From NCBI GenBank assembly GCA_964016885.1, contig OZ024741.1, forward strand, positions 267,840,001 to 267,904,000: DNA of 64,000 nucleotides. The letters are read 5' to 3'. How positions within the stretch are numbered: the stretch's first letter is position 1; each line of letters opens with the position of its first letter. Positions 27,561 to 43,301 of this stretch are shown here, one piece after another. Made by a program: the position numbers and the translations under genes. The DNA is from Eledone cirrhosa. Taxonomy: Eukaryota. The notes beneath the pieces are model-generated. The model had not been told where the DNA came from. It did not search any database and saw nothing but the letters and a program-made list of their open reading frames with translations.

Positions 27561-28588
27561 TAATCGGCCAATTTGATGCTAATGTCATTCACATCAAGAC
27601 AACTTAGTATACACATTTCTTACATTAGGAAATTTAAAATTGTGTATTAATTTACTACCAAGTAATATATATATGAAATCAATTTCCTTGCAAATTGATT
27701 TTTGTTTTAAACTTTGTTATGTGTTCTATTTTATTTTACTTTATTATTACTGTTATTTTTGTTCATGTTTTTCTGATTTTTCTTTTCCTCGATAGATCAA
27801 ACTAAACAAACACCAACTAAATTAGAAACTACTATTAAATCAATCATCATCATCACCATCAAGCATATTTGGTGATAATTGGAAAGTTGACTGAAATATA
27901 TTTCATTACATAGTTTCTCTTAACCTTATAGTTTTATACACTTTTCTTTTTACCTGGTTAAAATGTGTAATATTGTCACTCCTTGACACTGATAATAAAA
28001 AAAAAAAACATTAATGCTTAAATCACATCTAACTACCATATCCTCAATTTCTTTGGTCTACTTTTAGAATTCTATTTAGTTAGCTAAACATTAAAGTTTT
28101 ATCAGCGTCATATTCATACATTCTCATCATATGTCCTGAAATATTGCAGTCTCCCTTTGCTGTGTATTTTCAGTCAATATATCTATCACAGTATTCAAGT
28201 AAAACTTCTTGCACTTCTAATAAGATCACCTAGGTAGTAGAAGCTCTTAACTGTTTCTATGAAGCCTTCTTGGGACTAGAAACATTTTTATTTCACTGAT
28301 GCTCTTACTACCAATTATCCCTGTGCATCTGCCACATACAAAGTCTACCTTTTTTGTCTGCCTACTATCCCACTATACTTCTTGTGTTCCCAATACTTGC
28401 ATTGTGTACATAGTAAGGAATTCCTACCTACTCTTTTTCTACATGTTGATGGGATTAGGGGACTGTCATCTTTTCTTCTTAACACTAATTATCTCTATCT
28501 GAAATGTTGAAAACTCCTGTAAGTGTGAACCTAATATAACTGTAATTTTGCCTCATGTAGTTTGTTTATTTCTCTCTCTCTCTCTCTC

Positions 28589-28642
<54 letters not shown>

Positions 28643-29822
28643 CACATTTATGTTTGCATTTTTGAACTTCAATGTGATATTTATATAAATAGGTATGTAG
28701 GTTGTATATTCTGTATGATGTCAATATATGTTATATCTGTGGATGTTAGCATTGGTTAGGAAGAGACAATTTTATATTGCTCTATTTCAAGCAATTTCCG
28801 CTGTATTGTCTGAAGCCAGCTCTAATTACCACACTCTTTTATATATTTCCTTACATTTGCTTCAAATATTATCAGCTTCTAACTTGTTCATCCCAATCTC
28901 AGCATGATTTCTTAACTACTTACAAATATTACCTCAGGTGGCAAATTCATAGTCTTTAGTGTAGGACAAAAGGGTCTTATGGTATTTGTTCCAGCTCTCC
29001 ACACTCTGAATTCAAACTTTGCTTTTCCTCTTTTCAAGATCGATAAAATATTGCACTCATCCAGGGCATTGTTAAAGTGTTACAAGTGAGAGATTGCAGT
29101 ATTTATTTTGATTTCTTGCAGTCTGAATTAAAATACTGTTGTAGCCTACACAGGTAGTAGACTTAATCTGTCACCTAGTTTAAAACCATCACCTGGTCCT
29201 TGTGTTCCTCTAGTGGAGTCCACTCTGTTGCAAGCATTCAAGCCAGGTTTCCAGCTTGGACATACCTTTTTCCTCTCCCACTCCACCCCACCAGTCCTTT
29301 ATGCCTTGATAAACAGGAATGGTTACTGCCCTTTCCTCCCTTACTAAATAGTAAAAAGAAGAAATTTCTCAAACCAACAAACATGCCTCTATATGGGCAG
29401 TTGACTTGCTCGAAATATCTGTTGAAACCTGTCCTACTTTCTGAAAAAGATGATAAAAAGAAACTATAAGACAATGAATGTAGTCAGGGATAAACTATTT
29501 TCTGAAAAGACAAAATTGTTAAAGCTAAACTGTCTTCCATCTTCCTATCATAGGTCTGTTTGAGCAGGGCTGACTTGTGACCAATTAAAAGAATCCTCAA
29601 TATTCTCTTGAATTATTTTTAGTTGTGTTTACTTTTGTTTTCCTTGCTAACTTGTAGCAGAATCTATATTATAATGGGAGTGATCTCTATCTGTCATATG
29701 AGTGTTCACAATGTAACTTAATCATTTATTTTGTTGCTTTCACTGATTCCAGAGTTTAGCATTATATCTGCCAACTGTATCAATCAGTCAGCTTGACCGG
29801 CTCTTACTATCTTACTCTTAGA

Positions 29823-29855
<33 letters not shown>

Positions 29856-30285
29856 TATACACTCACACACAAACATATACACACACACAAGGTCATGCTG
29901 AAAAGTTCCTGGCTTGATTGCAAAGTACTAACATCAGGAGAGTTTATGCTCTTCAGGGATGGATTTTAAAATATGTTTGTTTTGTCTTCCAGTTTACCTA
30001 CCTGAGTATAAAGTATATAATGTATATAGCTACTGATTTGTACCACTTTCCTTGTTCATTTTTATTTCTAAATACCTGAAAGTCTTTCTCTTGTTTATTT
30101 CTTTGTTGTTTTTTTTATCACTATTGCCACACATGATTCATTCCAAACCAAACTTGAATAGAATATTGATCTCATCTGATCTTATCTCAAAGAAAACTCA
30201 TTACTAAACTAATATTCTGCTTTTAAATATCTCCTTTTAATACTCAGTTTAATTTGGTTGGTAGACCTAATTTATTGTCCAATTA

Positions 30286-30710
30286 ACACCACCACCAGGT
30301 CTCTTGTTGTCTTTAATAGGGCCTACTCTGTTGCAAGCACTCACACACCACCACTTGGCTCCTTGTTTTTAATAAGGCCAACTCTGTTGCAAGCATTCAC
30401 ACACCACCACCTGGTCTCTTGTTTCCTTTAAGAGGGTCTACTCTGTTGCATGCACTCACACCACCTCCTGGTTCCTGGTTGACATTAACAAGGTTCACTC
30501 TGTTGCAAACAATGACATACCAACACCTGGCCATCAGTTGCTTTTAACAGAATGAATTCTATTGCAAACATTTACATACCGATATCTGATCGACCCCTGG
30601 TTGATGCTAACAGAGCCCACTCTGTTGCAAGCATTTACACACCAACATCTAACCTCTTGTGTGCTTTTAACAGAGTGAACTCTGATACGAGCATTCACAT
30701 CAGATCTCTG
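30286..30710. repeat. Diverged minisatellite of about 60 bp, about 7 units
   Basis: Recurring ACACCACCACC(T)GG..TT(T)AA..ACTCTGTTGCAAGCA(T/C)TCAC; a solo unit lies at about 29185-29240. Confidence 0.85.
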
Positions 30711-32264
30711 GTTTAAGGCACTTATGTACTGCTTCCTACTGCAACAACTCTGTGAATCATGGTTTCTTACTCTCTTTCCCTCAACATTTTGAGAGACCCT
30801 GTTAGAAAGTATTAAATATTGTCCTTTCTCTGTCTGTTATTAAAAAAAAAAAATGTTTTGTAAATTGATTTCATTTAAAAATGTGATATTTATATTGTTA
30901 CCAGAGGAACTGATATATTTTGCTATAAACTCAGAATAAAAGTCTTACAGCATTTCCATGTATCCAATCATTCATTGAAATTAAGTGTTGGTAATATTTG
31001 AAAAAACTAATAGTTTATGTATCACAAAGATTCACATAACTTATGTGTATTTCCAATTTTTCAATGAACTCTTTAGTCCTGCAGGGGCAAGACAACCCCA
31101 TCTAGGGTTGCTGCCTCAATAAAATGCACTCTTTGAACTATGAGAAGTAGTTGGTGATTGAATAGAGACAATATAAGGTAGAGAGGTCTCTTCAGTCATG
31201 CCAAGGACATGATAACCTCTCTAATGCTAATACCATAATAAAATTCACTCAGTACATTCTGTAATGTGATTAGTGTTAGGAAGGACATCCTACTATAAAA
31301 ACCATGCTAAAAATGGAACATATGAACAAGATGGGGTCCTCCAACCCATCTGTTAGGACAGTTTTTCTGAATAAGAACTTTCTTGGACCATGACAACTTA
31401 TCCAGTCTAGCATGAAAATGATAGTTGTAATGGGATGAGTAATAAATCTTGCCACAACTAGGTTTTCCCAGCAAATTTACAGTGCTGCTGCTTGCAGCTG
31501 TAAATTAACCAAATGAAGAAGCAGTGAAATATCCTTCAAATCACACACTACCAGCTTGGAAGAGGACATATTAATGTTGGCCTGATTATACTGTGCCCAG
31601 GATAAAGACTAGATGACCATGCGGTTAAAGTACCTTTGATCATACATCTGCTGGATCATAGCTGACCTGGAATTATGTATGTATATGTAATTGCCTTTAG
31701 TGGCTAAATGAAAAGAAAACAATTATTATTACAGAAAGCTTGAATGGCCCTTCCAGCGCGTCTCCCTTACCATCCTCCAGGGAATCGCCTTATTTATTCT
31801 GTCTACTGGGGCCACAGAGCATCCACAGCATGGGCCCCCATTTGCTTATAATAGTGAGAGATGAGAGCAGGAGAGATGGAGGCAGTGACAGTGGGAACAT
31901 GGTTCCATTGTGTTCGGACCTGGTGTATACATATATATATTTATTTACCATACCACATTAATAATAAAATGCATGGTGGGTGAGCAGAAATGTGTGTGTC
32001 AGGGGTGGGGTCTCTTCTGACTTAACTAATGTGTTCCCACCTGTATATGGGTAGGTGACTCCAGATTTTTTGTATTCTATTACATATCCAGTTATCTTGT
32101 ATTAATTATTGTGTGTATTATAATAATTTCATAGTTATTCTGTTTTATCAAATTTTACCCATCTACTTTTACCCTTGTTTTTCATATAACTTTGTTTGTC
32201 CAGCACCGCACGTATTGTAATCCCTATGTTTAAAATGTTTACTTATTACTAATAAAGAAATCAT

Positions 32265-32591
32265 TATTGGCAGTATTGCTAGAGCATCAGACAACATGCT
32301 TTGCCACATAGTTACGGTCCTTTATGTTCTGTGTTCAAATCCCGCCGAGGTTAACTTTGCCATTCATCCTTACGGGGTCGATAAAATAAAGTACCAGTCG
32401 CACACTGGGGTCGATTTAATCAACTTTCCCCCTGCCCAAAATTGCTGGCCTTGTGCCTTTATAAGAAACCATTATTATTACAATCCCGCCGAGGTTAACT
32501 TTGCCTTTCATCCATACGGGGTCGATAAAATAAAGTACCGGTAATGTACTGGGTGTTTGCTGGCCTTGTGCCAAAAGTAGAAACAATTATT
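32265..32591 (+). mobile_element. SINE A long variant followed by a 5'-truncated SINE A short variant
   Basis: AATCCCGCCGAGGTTAACTTTGCC core at about 32338 and again at about 32482, with different 3' ends. Confidence 0.88.
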
Positions 32592-32730
32592 ACATATTTA
32601 AATAATCAGTAAAAAAATGAATGGCACTTTACCTGGGTTTCTTTTAAATACATATATTGGGAAATAATTATTTAAATGCTTTAAACATCAACAATGATCT
32701 ACTTGTTACATATGTATATATATATATGTA

Positions 32731-32790
<60 letters not shown>

Positions 32791-32936
32791 TTTTGAGTTT
32801 ATGTTGGTTGTATACCAACACCTCAGTATGCAGGCTGGAGCACTCGACGAAGTGCGCAGGTTGGTTTGGTTACTCCGGAGTAGTGTAAAATAAAGTTAAA
32901 TAAAAGTCAAATGATTAAAATTTAGCTTCGTTTATT

Positions 32937-32991
32937 ACTGCTATATATATTTCAGTGACAGCCATCTTTGGCTGTGACCTCTTCAGGCAGT
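32937..32991 (-). ncRNA. Minimal type I hammerhead ribozyme (Penelope-like element type)
   Basis: Minus strand: ACUGC-CUGAAGA-GGUCACAGCCA(AAGA)UGGCUGUCACU-GAAA-UAUAUAUA-GCAGU, then AAUAAA. Stem I 5 bp, stem II 11 bp with one mismatch, palindromic stem III. Confidence 0.75.
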
Positions 32992-33078
32992 TTGAATTAG
33001 TATGGTATAGACAAGTACATATGTTGTTTAGGTGTATAATATTGTCAATACTCTGATATGTATATATATATGTATATG

Positions 33079-33109
<31 letters not shown>

Positions 33110-33206
33110 GTATATATATATGTATGTATATGTATATATATATATGTATGTATATGTATATATATGTATGTATGTATATGTATATATATATATATGTATG
33201 TATATG

Positions 33207-33243
<37 letters not shown>

Positions 33244-33286
33244 GTATATATATATGTATATATATATATATATGTATATATATATG

Positions 33287-33419
<133 letters not shown>

Positions 33420-33460
33420 GTATATATATATGTATATATATATATATGTATATATATATG

Positions 33461-33523
<63 letters not shown>

Positions 33524-33892
33524 GTATATATATATGTATGTATATGTATATATATATGTATATATATATGTATGTATATGTATATATATATGTATATATA
33601 TATGTATGTATATATATATGTATGTATATATATATGTATATATATATGTATGTATATGTATGTATATATATATGTATGTATATGTATATATATATGTATA
33701 TGTATATATATATCTATGTATATGTATATATATATATATGTATGTATATGTATATATATATATATATTGTATTTTGATCATGCTTTATTTTTATTTTTAT
33801 CTTTATTTTTTTTCATTCGCACCGTTTCCTTTTGCTATATGTCTCTCCACCACTCCCCTACACACCCTTTGAGCTCTGTTCCCACACACTTC

Positions 33893-33930
33893 TCACCTGA
33901 GGAAGGGCTTATGCCCGAAACGTCGTCCCC
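33893..33930 (+). ncRNA. Minimal hammerhead-like motif within a Penelope-like pLTR island (33768-34016)
   Basis: AC-CUGAGGA-A-GGGC(UUAU)GCCC-GAAACGUC-GU, with ACGU palindromic stem III and AATAAA at about 33963; stem I is only about 2 bp. Confidence 0.6.
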
Positions 33931-34052
33931 CACCAACACCCCACTCTCCAGAGCGTGAAATTAATAAACATTCGTTGTACTGCCTCTCTGTTTTGTCTCT
34001 GTTCAAATTTTTCCATTATATATATATATGTATGTATATGTATATATATATG

Positions 34053-34083
<31 letters not shown>

Positions 34084-34114
34084 GTATATGTATATGTATA
34101 TGTATATATATATG

Positions 34115-34147
<33 letters not shown>

Positions 34148-34189
34148 ATATGCATATGTATATTTATATGTATATGTATATATATATGT

Positions 34190-34220
<31 letters not shown>

Positions 34221-34472
34221 TATATATGTATATATGTATATGTATATGTATATATATATGTATATATATGTATATATATGTATATGTATATATGTATATA
34301 TATGTATATATATATGTATATATATATGTATGTATATATATATGTATATATATATGTATATATATATGTATGTATATATATATGTATATATATATGTATG
34401 TATATATATATGTATATATATATGTATATATATATGTATATATATATGTATATATATATGTATATATATATG

Positions 34473-34503
<31 letters not shown>

Positions 34504-34528
34504 GTATATATATATGTATATATATATG

Positions 34529-34565
<37 letters not shown>

Positions 34566-34598
34566 GTATATATATATGTATATATGTATATATATATG

Positions 34599-34807
<209 letters not shown>

Positions 34808-34886
34808 GTATATATGTATATATGTGTATATATGTATATATGTGTATATATGTATATATATATATATATATATATGTGTATATATG

Positions 34887-34925
<39 letters not shown>

Positions 34926-34940
34926 GTATATTTATATATG

Positions 34941-34974
<34 letters not shown>

Positions 34975-35018
34975 TGTATATTTATATATGTATATTTATA
35001 TATGTATATTTATATATG

Positions 35019-35052
<34 letters not shown>

Positions 35053-35465
35053 TGTATATTTATATATGTATATTTATATATGTATATTTATATATGTATA
35101 TATATGTATATATATATATGTATGTATATATATATATGTATATATATATATGTATATATATATATGTATATATATATATATGTATATATATATATGTATA
35201 TATATGTATATATATATATGTATATATATATATGTATATATATATGTATATATATATATGTATATATATATATGTATATATATATATGTATATATATATA
35301 TGTATATATATATATGTGTATATATATATGTGTATATATATATGTGTATATATATATATGTATATATATATGTGTATATATATATGTGTATATATATATA
35401 TATGTGTATATATATATATGTATATATATATATGTATATATATATATATTTATATATATGTATAT

Positions 35466-35630
35466 GAGTTCGATTCCTGGACCAGGCGATGCGTTATGTC
35501 CTTGAGCAAGACACTTTATTTCACGTTGCTCCTTCTACCTGGAGTTGTGACCGATAGATAGTATTAGCAATTGGAAAGACCAACGGAAACATTGTTTCCT
35601 CGGTCCGATTTGACGAAAGTCGATCGTTCC
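35466..35630 (+). mobile_element. 5'-truncated SINE family F inside microsatellite
   Basis: GAGTTCGATTCC B-box, then TGTCCTTGAGCAAGACACTTTATTTCACGTTGCTCC. Confidence 0.75.
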
Positions 35631-35669
35631 TTATATATATATATGTATATATATATGTATATATATATG

Positions 35670-35734
<65 letters not shown>

Positions 35735-35991
35735 GTATATATATATATGTGTATATATATATGTATATATATATGTATATATATATATATATGTGTATAT
35801 ATATATATGTATATATGTATATATATATATGTATATATATATATGTATATATATATATGTATATATATATATTTATATATGTATATGTATATGTATATAT
35901 GTATATGTATATATATATATGTATATATATATATTTATATATATATATGTATATATATATATGTATATATATATATGTATATATATATATT

Positions 35992-36022
<31 letters not shown>

Positions 36023-36035
36023 ATTTATATATATT

Positions 36036-36088
<53 letters not shown>

Positions 36089-36293
36089 GTATATATATAT
36101 ATTTATATATATGTATATATGTATATATATATATATGTATATATGTGTATATATATATTTATATATATGTATATATGTGTATATATATATTTATATATAT
36201 GTATATATGTGTATATATATATATTTATATATATGTATATTTATGTATATATATATATATTTATATATATATATATTTATATATATATATATT

Positions 36294-36474
<181 letters not shown>

Positions 36475-36502
36475 GTATATGTATATATATATGTATATGT
36501 AT

Positions 36503-36622
<120 letters not shown>

Positions 36623-36687
36623 GTATATATATATATGTGTATATATATATATATATGTATATATATGTATATATATATATATATGTG

Positions 36688-36740
<53 letters not shown>

Positions 36741-36914
36741 GTATATATATTTATATGTATGTATATGTATATATATGTATATGTATATATATGTGTATAT
36801 ATATATATGTATATATATGTGTATATATATATATATGTATCTATATATGTATATATATGTGTATATATATATATATGTATCTATATGTGTATATATATAT
36901 ATATATATGTATCT

Positions 36915-37094
<180 letters not shown>

Positions 37095-37154
37095 GTGTAT
37101 ATATATGTATATATATGTGTATATGTATATATATATATATATATATGTATATAT

Positions 37155-37680
37155 CATCATCATCATCATCATCAACGTTTAACGTCCGTGTTCCACGCTT
37201 GCATGGGTTTGGACGGGGGTAGTCCCACTTGAGGCAAGAGTGATTGTCTTGCTCGCATAGGACTGTCTGGCAGGTTTTCTACAGTTGGATGCCCTTCCTA
37301 ACACCAACCACATTTACAGTGTGGGTCTGGGAGGTTTTTACCGTGTTGCCTACACGGCCACATTACAGCGTGGACTGTGTGTTTTTTTGTCGTGACACCT
37401 ACACGATCTCATTTGTTTCGGCCCGGATGGCGCGGCACCAACATAACTTTACATAGGACGGGGTGGTGTGGATGGGGTGGGGGTGGTGGTGGTGGGACGG
37501 GGTGTATTTTGTTAGAGATGCCTACTGGCAAGGCGGGTCTTCTCTGTTACTGAGTACCGCCAAAGGTCTCGGTCCAGTGACATTGTCTTGGAGAGGTGTA
37601 AGTGTATGAGGTCGGAGTTTATCAGCTCGTCCCAGGTTTTTCTAGGTCTGCCTATTCCGTGGCTACCGTCTATCTTTATT
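37155..37680 (-). mobile_element. RTE LINE 3' fragment
   Basis: Encodes [30 protein letters not shown], plus UTR and (GAT)n tail; colinear with 3958-4520. Confidence 0.92.
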
Positions 37681-37741
37681 GTATATGTGTATATATATGT
37701 ATATATATGTGTATATGTATATATATATATATATATGTATA

Positions 37742-38022
<281 letters not shown>

Positions 38023-38027
38023 GTGTA

Positions 38028-38058
<31 letters not shown>

Positions 38059-38063
38059 ATATG

Positions 38064-38176
<113 letters not shown>

Positions 38177-38204
38177 ATATGTATGTGTATGTATGTGTAT
38201 ATAT

Positions 38205-38242
<38 letters not shown>

Positions 38243-38283
38243 ATATGTATGTGTATGTATGTGTATATATGTATGTATATATG

Positions 38284-38319
<36 letters not shown>

Positions 38320-38322
38320 TAT

Positions 38323-39143
38323 TTGGAAAAGAGGATGCTCTGAAACTCCTGTACTCCCTTCCCTCCGGGGAAACTCTCATGGCATCTAACAACATCAGAG
38401 ACTTGGGAGTAACCGTGGACAGCAACATAAGCTGGGCCACGCATATAAGCAGCAAAGTTGACATGGCCCGCAGAATGTGTTCCTGGATCCTCAGAACCTT
38501 CCAGTCGAGAGATTCCCACACCATTATCCTTCTCTTCTCTACTTTTGCCCGACCACACCTTGAATACTGTTGTCCACTGTGGTCTCCCCACACGAAACAA
38601 AGTATCATGAAACTTGAAGCTCCTCAAAGGGCAATCACGAAAAAGATAGATGGCATGTCAGACCTTGACTACTGGGGTCGACTAGAAAACCTGAAACTTT
38701 ACTCACTCCAACGTCGCCGTGAGCGTTATATTATCTGCATGATGTGGAAAATGTTCCATCATCACTGCCCAAATGATGTTGGCATCGCCTTCAAGATACA
38801 CCCAAGGCTTGGGCCCCGTGCTATCCGTCCCATTCAAAAATCTAAATCGCAACTCATAACAACAATACGGCACAATTATTTCACCTCAATCGGCCCTGCT
38901 CTCTTCAACATCACACCAGGACACGTCAAAACAGAAACTGACCACACAAAATTCAAGAAGTCTTTGGACAAATTCCTCCAAGTAATCCCGGACAAACCAC
39001 CCACACCCGGATATGTCTCCGCAAACAGTAATTCTCTTCTCGAATGGGCCATGGTGCCCAAATCCTGAATTGAAAGACTTCGCCAGGTGGTGCTATTAAG
39101 TTAGACATGGCCTGGGCCAATACTGGCCAAAACATTTCAAAGT
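38323..39143 (+). mobile_element. 5'-truncated CR1-group LINE with an uninterrupted ORF2 C-terminus (38323-39068) and short 3' UTR
   Basis: [58 protein letters not shown] are hallmark CR1/L2-group motifs; flanked by (TA)n on both sides. Confidence 0.92.
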
Positions 39144-39490
39144 TATATATGTATATATATATGTATATATGTATATATATATGTATATATGTATATATAT
39201 ATATATGTATATATATATATGTATATATGTGTATGTATATATGTATATATATATGTAAGATATATATATGTATATATATATGTATATGTATATATGTGTA
39301 TATATATATATGTGTATATATATATGTATATATGTGTATATATATATATATGTGTATATATATATATGTGTATATATGTATATATGTGTATATATATATA
39401 TGTGTGTATATATATATATGTGTGTATATATATAGATATGTGTATATATATATATGTGTATATATATATGTGTGTATATATATATATGTG

Positions 39491-39544
<54 letters not shown>

Positions 39545-39624
39545 TATGTATATATATATATGTATATGTATATATATTTATGTATATATATATATATATG
39601 TATATATATGTATATATATGTATG

Positions 39625-39664
<40 letters not shown>

Positions 39665-39830
39665 TGTATGTATATATATGTATATATATGTATGTATATA
39701 TATATGTATGTATATATATATATATATGTGTATATATGTATGTATATATATATATATATATGTATGTATATATATATGTATATATATATATGTATGTATA
39801 TATATATATATGTATATATATATATGTATG

Positions 39831-39861
<31 letters not shown>

Positions 39862-39916
39862 GTATATATATGTATATATATGTATATATGTATGTATATA
39901 TATGTATATATGTATG

Positions 39917-39947
<31 letters not shown>

Positions 39948-39948
39948 G

Positions 39949-39983
<35 letters not shown>

Positions 39984-40030
39984 GTATATATATATATATG
40001 TATGTATATATATATATGTATATATGTATG

Positions 40031-40062
<32 letters not shown>

Positions 40063-40120
40063 TATATATATATGTATATATATATATGTATATATATATA
40101 TATGTATATATATATGTATG

Positions 40121-40151
<31 letters not shown>

Positions 40152-40196
40152 GTATGTATATATATGTATATATATATATATATGTATGTATATATA

Positions 40197-40229
<33 letters not shown>

Positions 40230-40248
40230 ATATGTATATGTATATATG

Positions 40249-40295
<47 letters not shown>

Positions 40296-40358
40296 GTATA
40301 TACATATATATATATACATATATATATATGTATATATATATATGTATATATATATATG

Positions 40359-40389
<31 letters not shown>

Positions 40390-41034
40390 GTATATACATA
40401 TATATATATACATATATATATATGTATATATATATATATGTATATATATATATGTATATATATATATGTATATATATATATGTATATATATACATATATA
40501 TATATACATACATATATATATATACATATATATATATATGTATATATATATATGTATATATATATATGTATATATATATATGTATATATATATATGTATA
40601 TATATATATGTATATATATATATGTATATGTATATATGTATGTATATATATATGTATGTACATATATATGTATGTATATATATATGTATGTATATATGTA
40701 TGTATGTATATATATATGTATGTAAATATATGTATATGTATATATATATATGTATATATATATATGTATGTATATATATATATATGTATATGTATATATA
40801 TATATGTATATATATATATGTATGTATATATATATATGTATGTATATATATATATGTATATATATATATATGTATGTATATATATATATATGTATGTATA
40901 TATATATGTATATATATATATATGTATGTATATATATATATGTATATATATATATATGTATGTATATATATATATGTATGTATATATATATATGTATGTA
41001 TATATATATATGTATGTATATATATATATGTATG

Positions 41035-41065
<31 letters not shown>

Positions 41066-41238
41066 GTATATACATATATATATATGTATATGTATATGTA
41101 TATATATATATGTATATATATATGTATATATATATATGTATATATTTATATGTTTATATATATATGTATATATATATATGTATATATATATATGTATATA
41201 TATATATGTATATATATATATGTATATATATATATGTG

Positions 41239-41294
<56 letters not shown>

Positions 41295-41514
41295 TATGTA
41301 TATATATATATGTATATGTATATATATTTATGTATATGTATATATATGTATATATATGTATATATATGTATGTATATATATATGTATGTATATATATGTA
41401 TATATATGTATGTATATATATATGTATGTATATATATATATATATGTGTATATATGTATGTATATATATATATATGTATGTATATATATATATATGTATA
41501 TATATATATGTATG

Positions 41515-41545
<31 letters not shown>

Positions 41546-41600
41546 GTATATATATGTATATATATGTATATATGTATGTATATATATGTATATATGTATG

Positions 41601-41631
<31 letters not shown>

Positions 41632-41632
41632 G

Positions 41633-41667
<35 letters not shown>

Positions 41668-41740
41668 GTATATATATATGTATGTATATATATGTATATA
41701 TATATATATGTATGTATATATATATATGTATATATGTATG

Positions 41741-41772
<32 letters not shown>

Positions 41773-41830
41773 TATATATATATGTATATATATATATGTA
41801 TATATATATATATGTATATATATATGTATG

Positions 41831-41861
<31 letters not shown>

Positions 41862-41962
41862 GTATGTATATATATGTATATATATATATATATGTATATA
41901 TGTATATATATATGTATATATATATATATATGTATATATGTATATATGTATATGTATATATG

Positions 41963-42009
<47 letters not shown>

Positions 42010-42044
42010 GTATATACATATATATATATACATATATATATATG

Positions 42045-42076
<32 letters not shown>

Positions 42077-42824
42077 TGTATATACATATATATATATACA
42101 TATATATATATGTATATATATATATGTATATATATATATGTATATATATGTATATATATATATGTATATATATATATGTATATATATATATGTATATATA
42201 TATATGTATATATATACATATGTATATATATATATGTATATATATATATGTATATATATATATGTATATATATATATGTATATATATATATGTATATATA
42301 TACATATATATATATACATACATATATATATATACATATATATATATATGTATATATATACATATATATATATACATACATATATATATATACATATATA
42401 TATATATGTATATATATATATGTATATATATATATGTATATGTATATATGTATGTATATATATATGTATGTACATATATATGTATGTATATATATATGTA
42501 TGTATATATGTATGTATGTATATATATATGTATGTCAATATATGTATATGTATATATATATATGTATATATATATATGTATATATATATATGTATGTATA
42601 TATATATATGTATATGTATATATATATATGTATATATATATATGTATGTATATATATATATGTATGTATATATATATATGTATATATATATATATGTATG
42701 TATATATATATATGTATATATATATATATGTATGTATATATATATATGTATGTATATATATATATGTATGTATATATATATATGTATGTATATATATATA
42801 TGTATGTATATATATATATGTATG

Positions 42825-42855
<31 letters not shown>

Positions 42856-43301
42856 GTATATACATATATATATATGTATATATATATGTATATATATATG
42901 TATATATATATGTATATATATATATGTATATATATATGTATATATATATATGTATATATTTATATGTTTATATATATATGTATATATATATATGTATATA
43001 TATATATGTATATATGTATATATATATATGTATATATGTATATATATATATGTATATATATATATGTATATATGTATATATATATATGTATATATATATG
43101 TGTATATATATATATATGTGTATATATATATATATGTGTATATATATATATATGTGTATATATATATATATGTGTATATATATATATGTGTATATATATA
43201 TGTATGTATATATATATGTATGTATATATGTATGTATATATATATGTATATATATATGTATGTAAATATGTATGTATATATGTATATGTATGTATATATA
43301 T

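Noticed and set aside
30286-30710. Conserved-plus-variable 60-bp units as CRISPR-like or as a coding repeat
   Set aside because: The variable parts are homologous to each other, and unit lengths are not consistently multiples of three.
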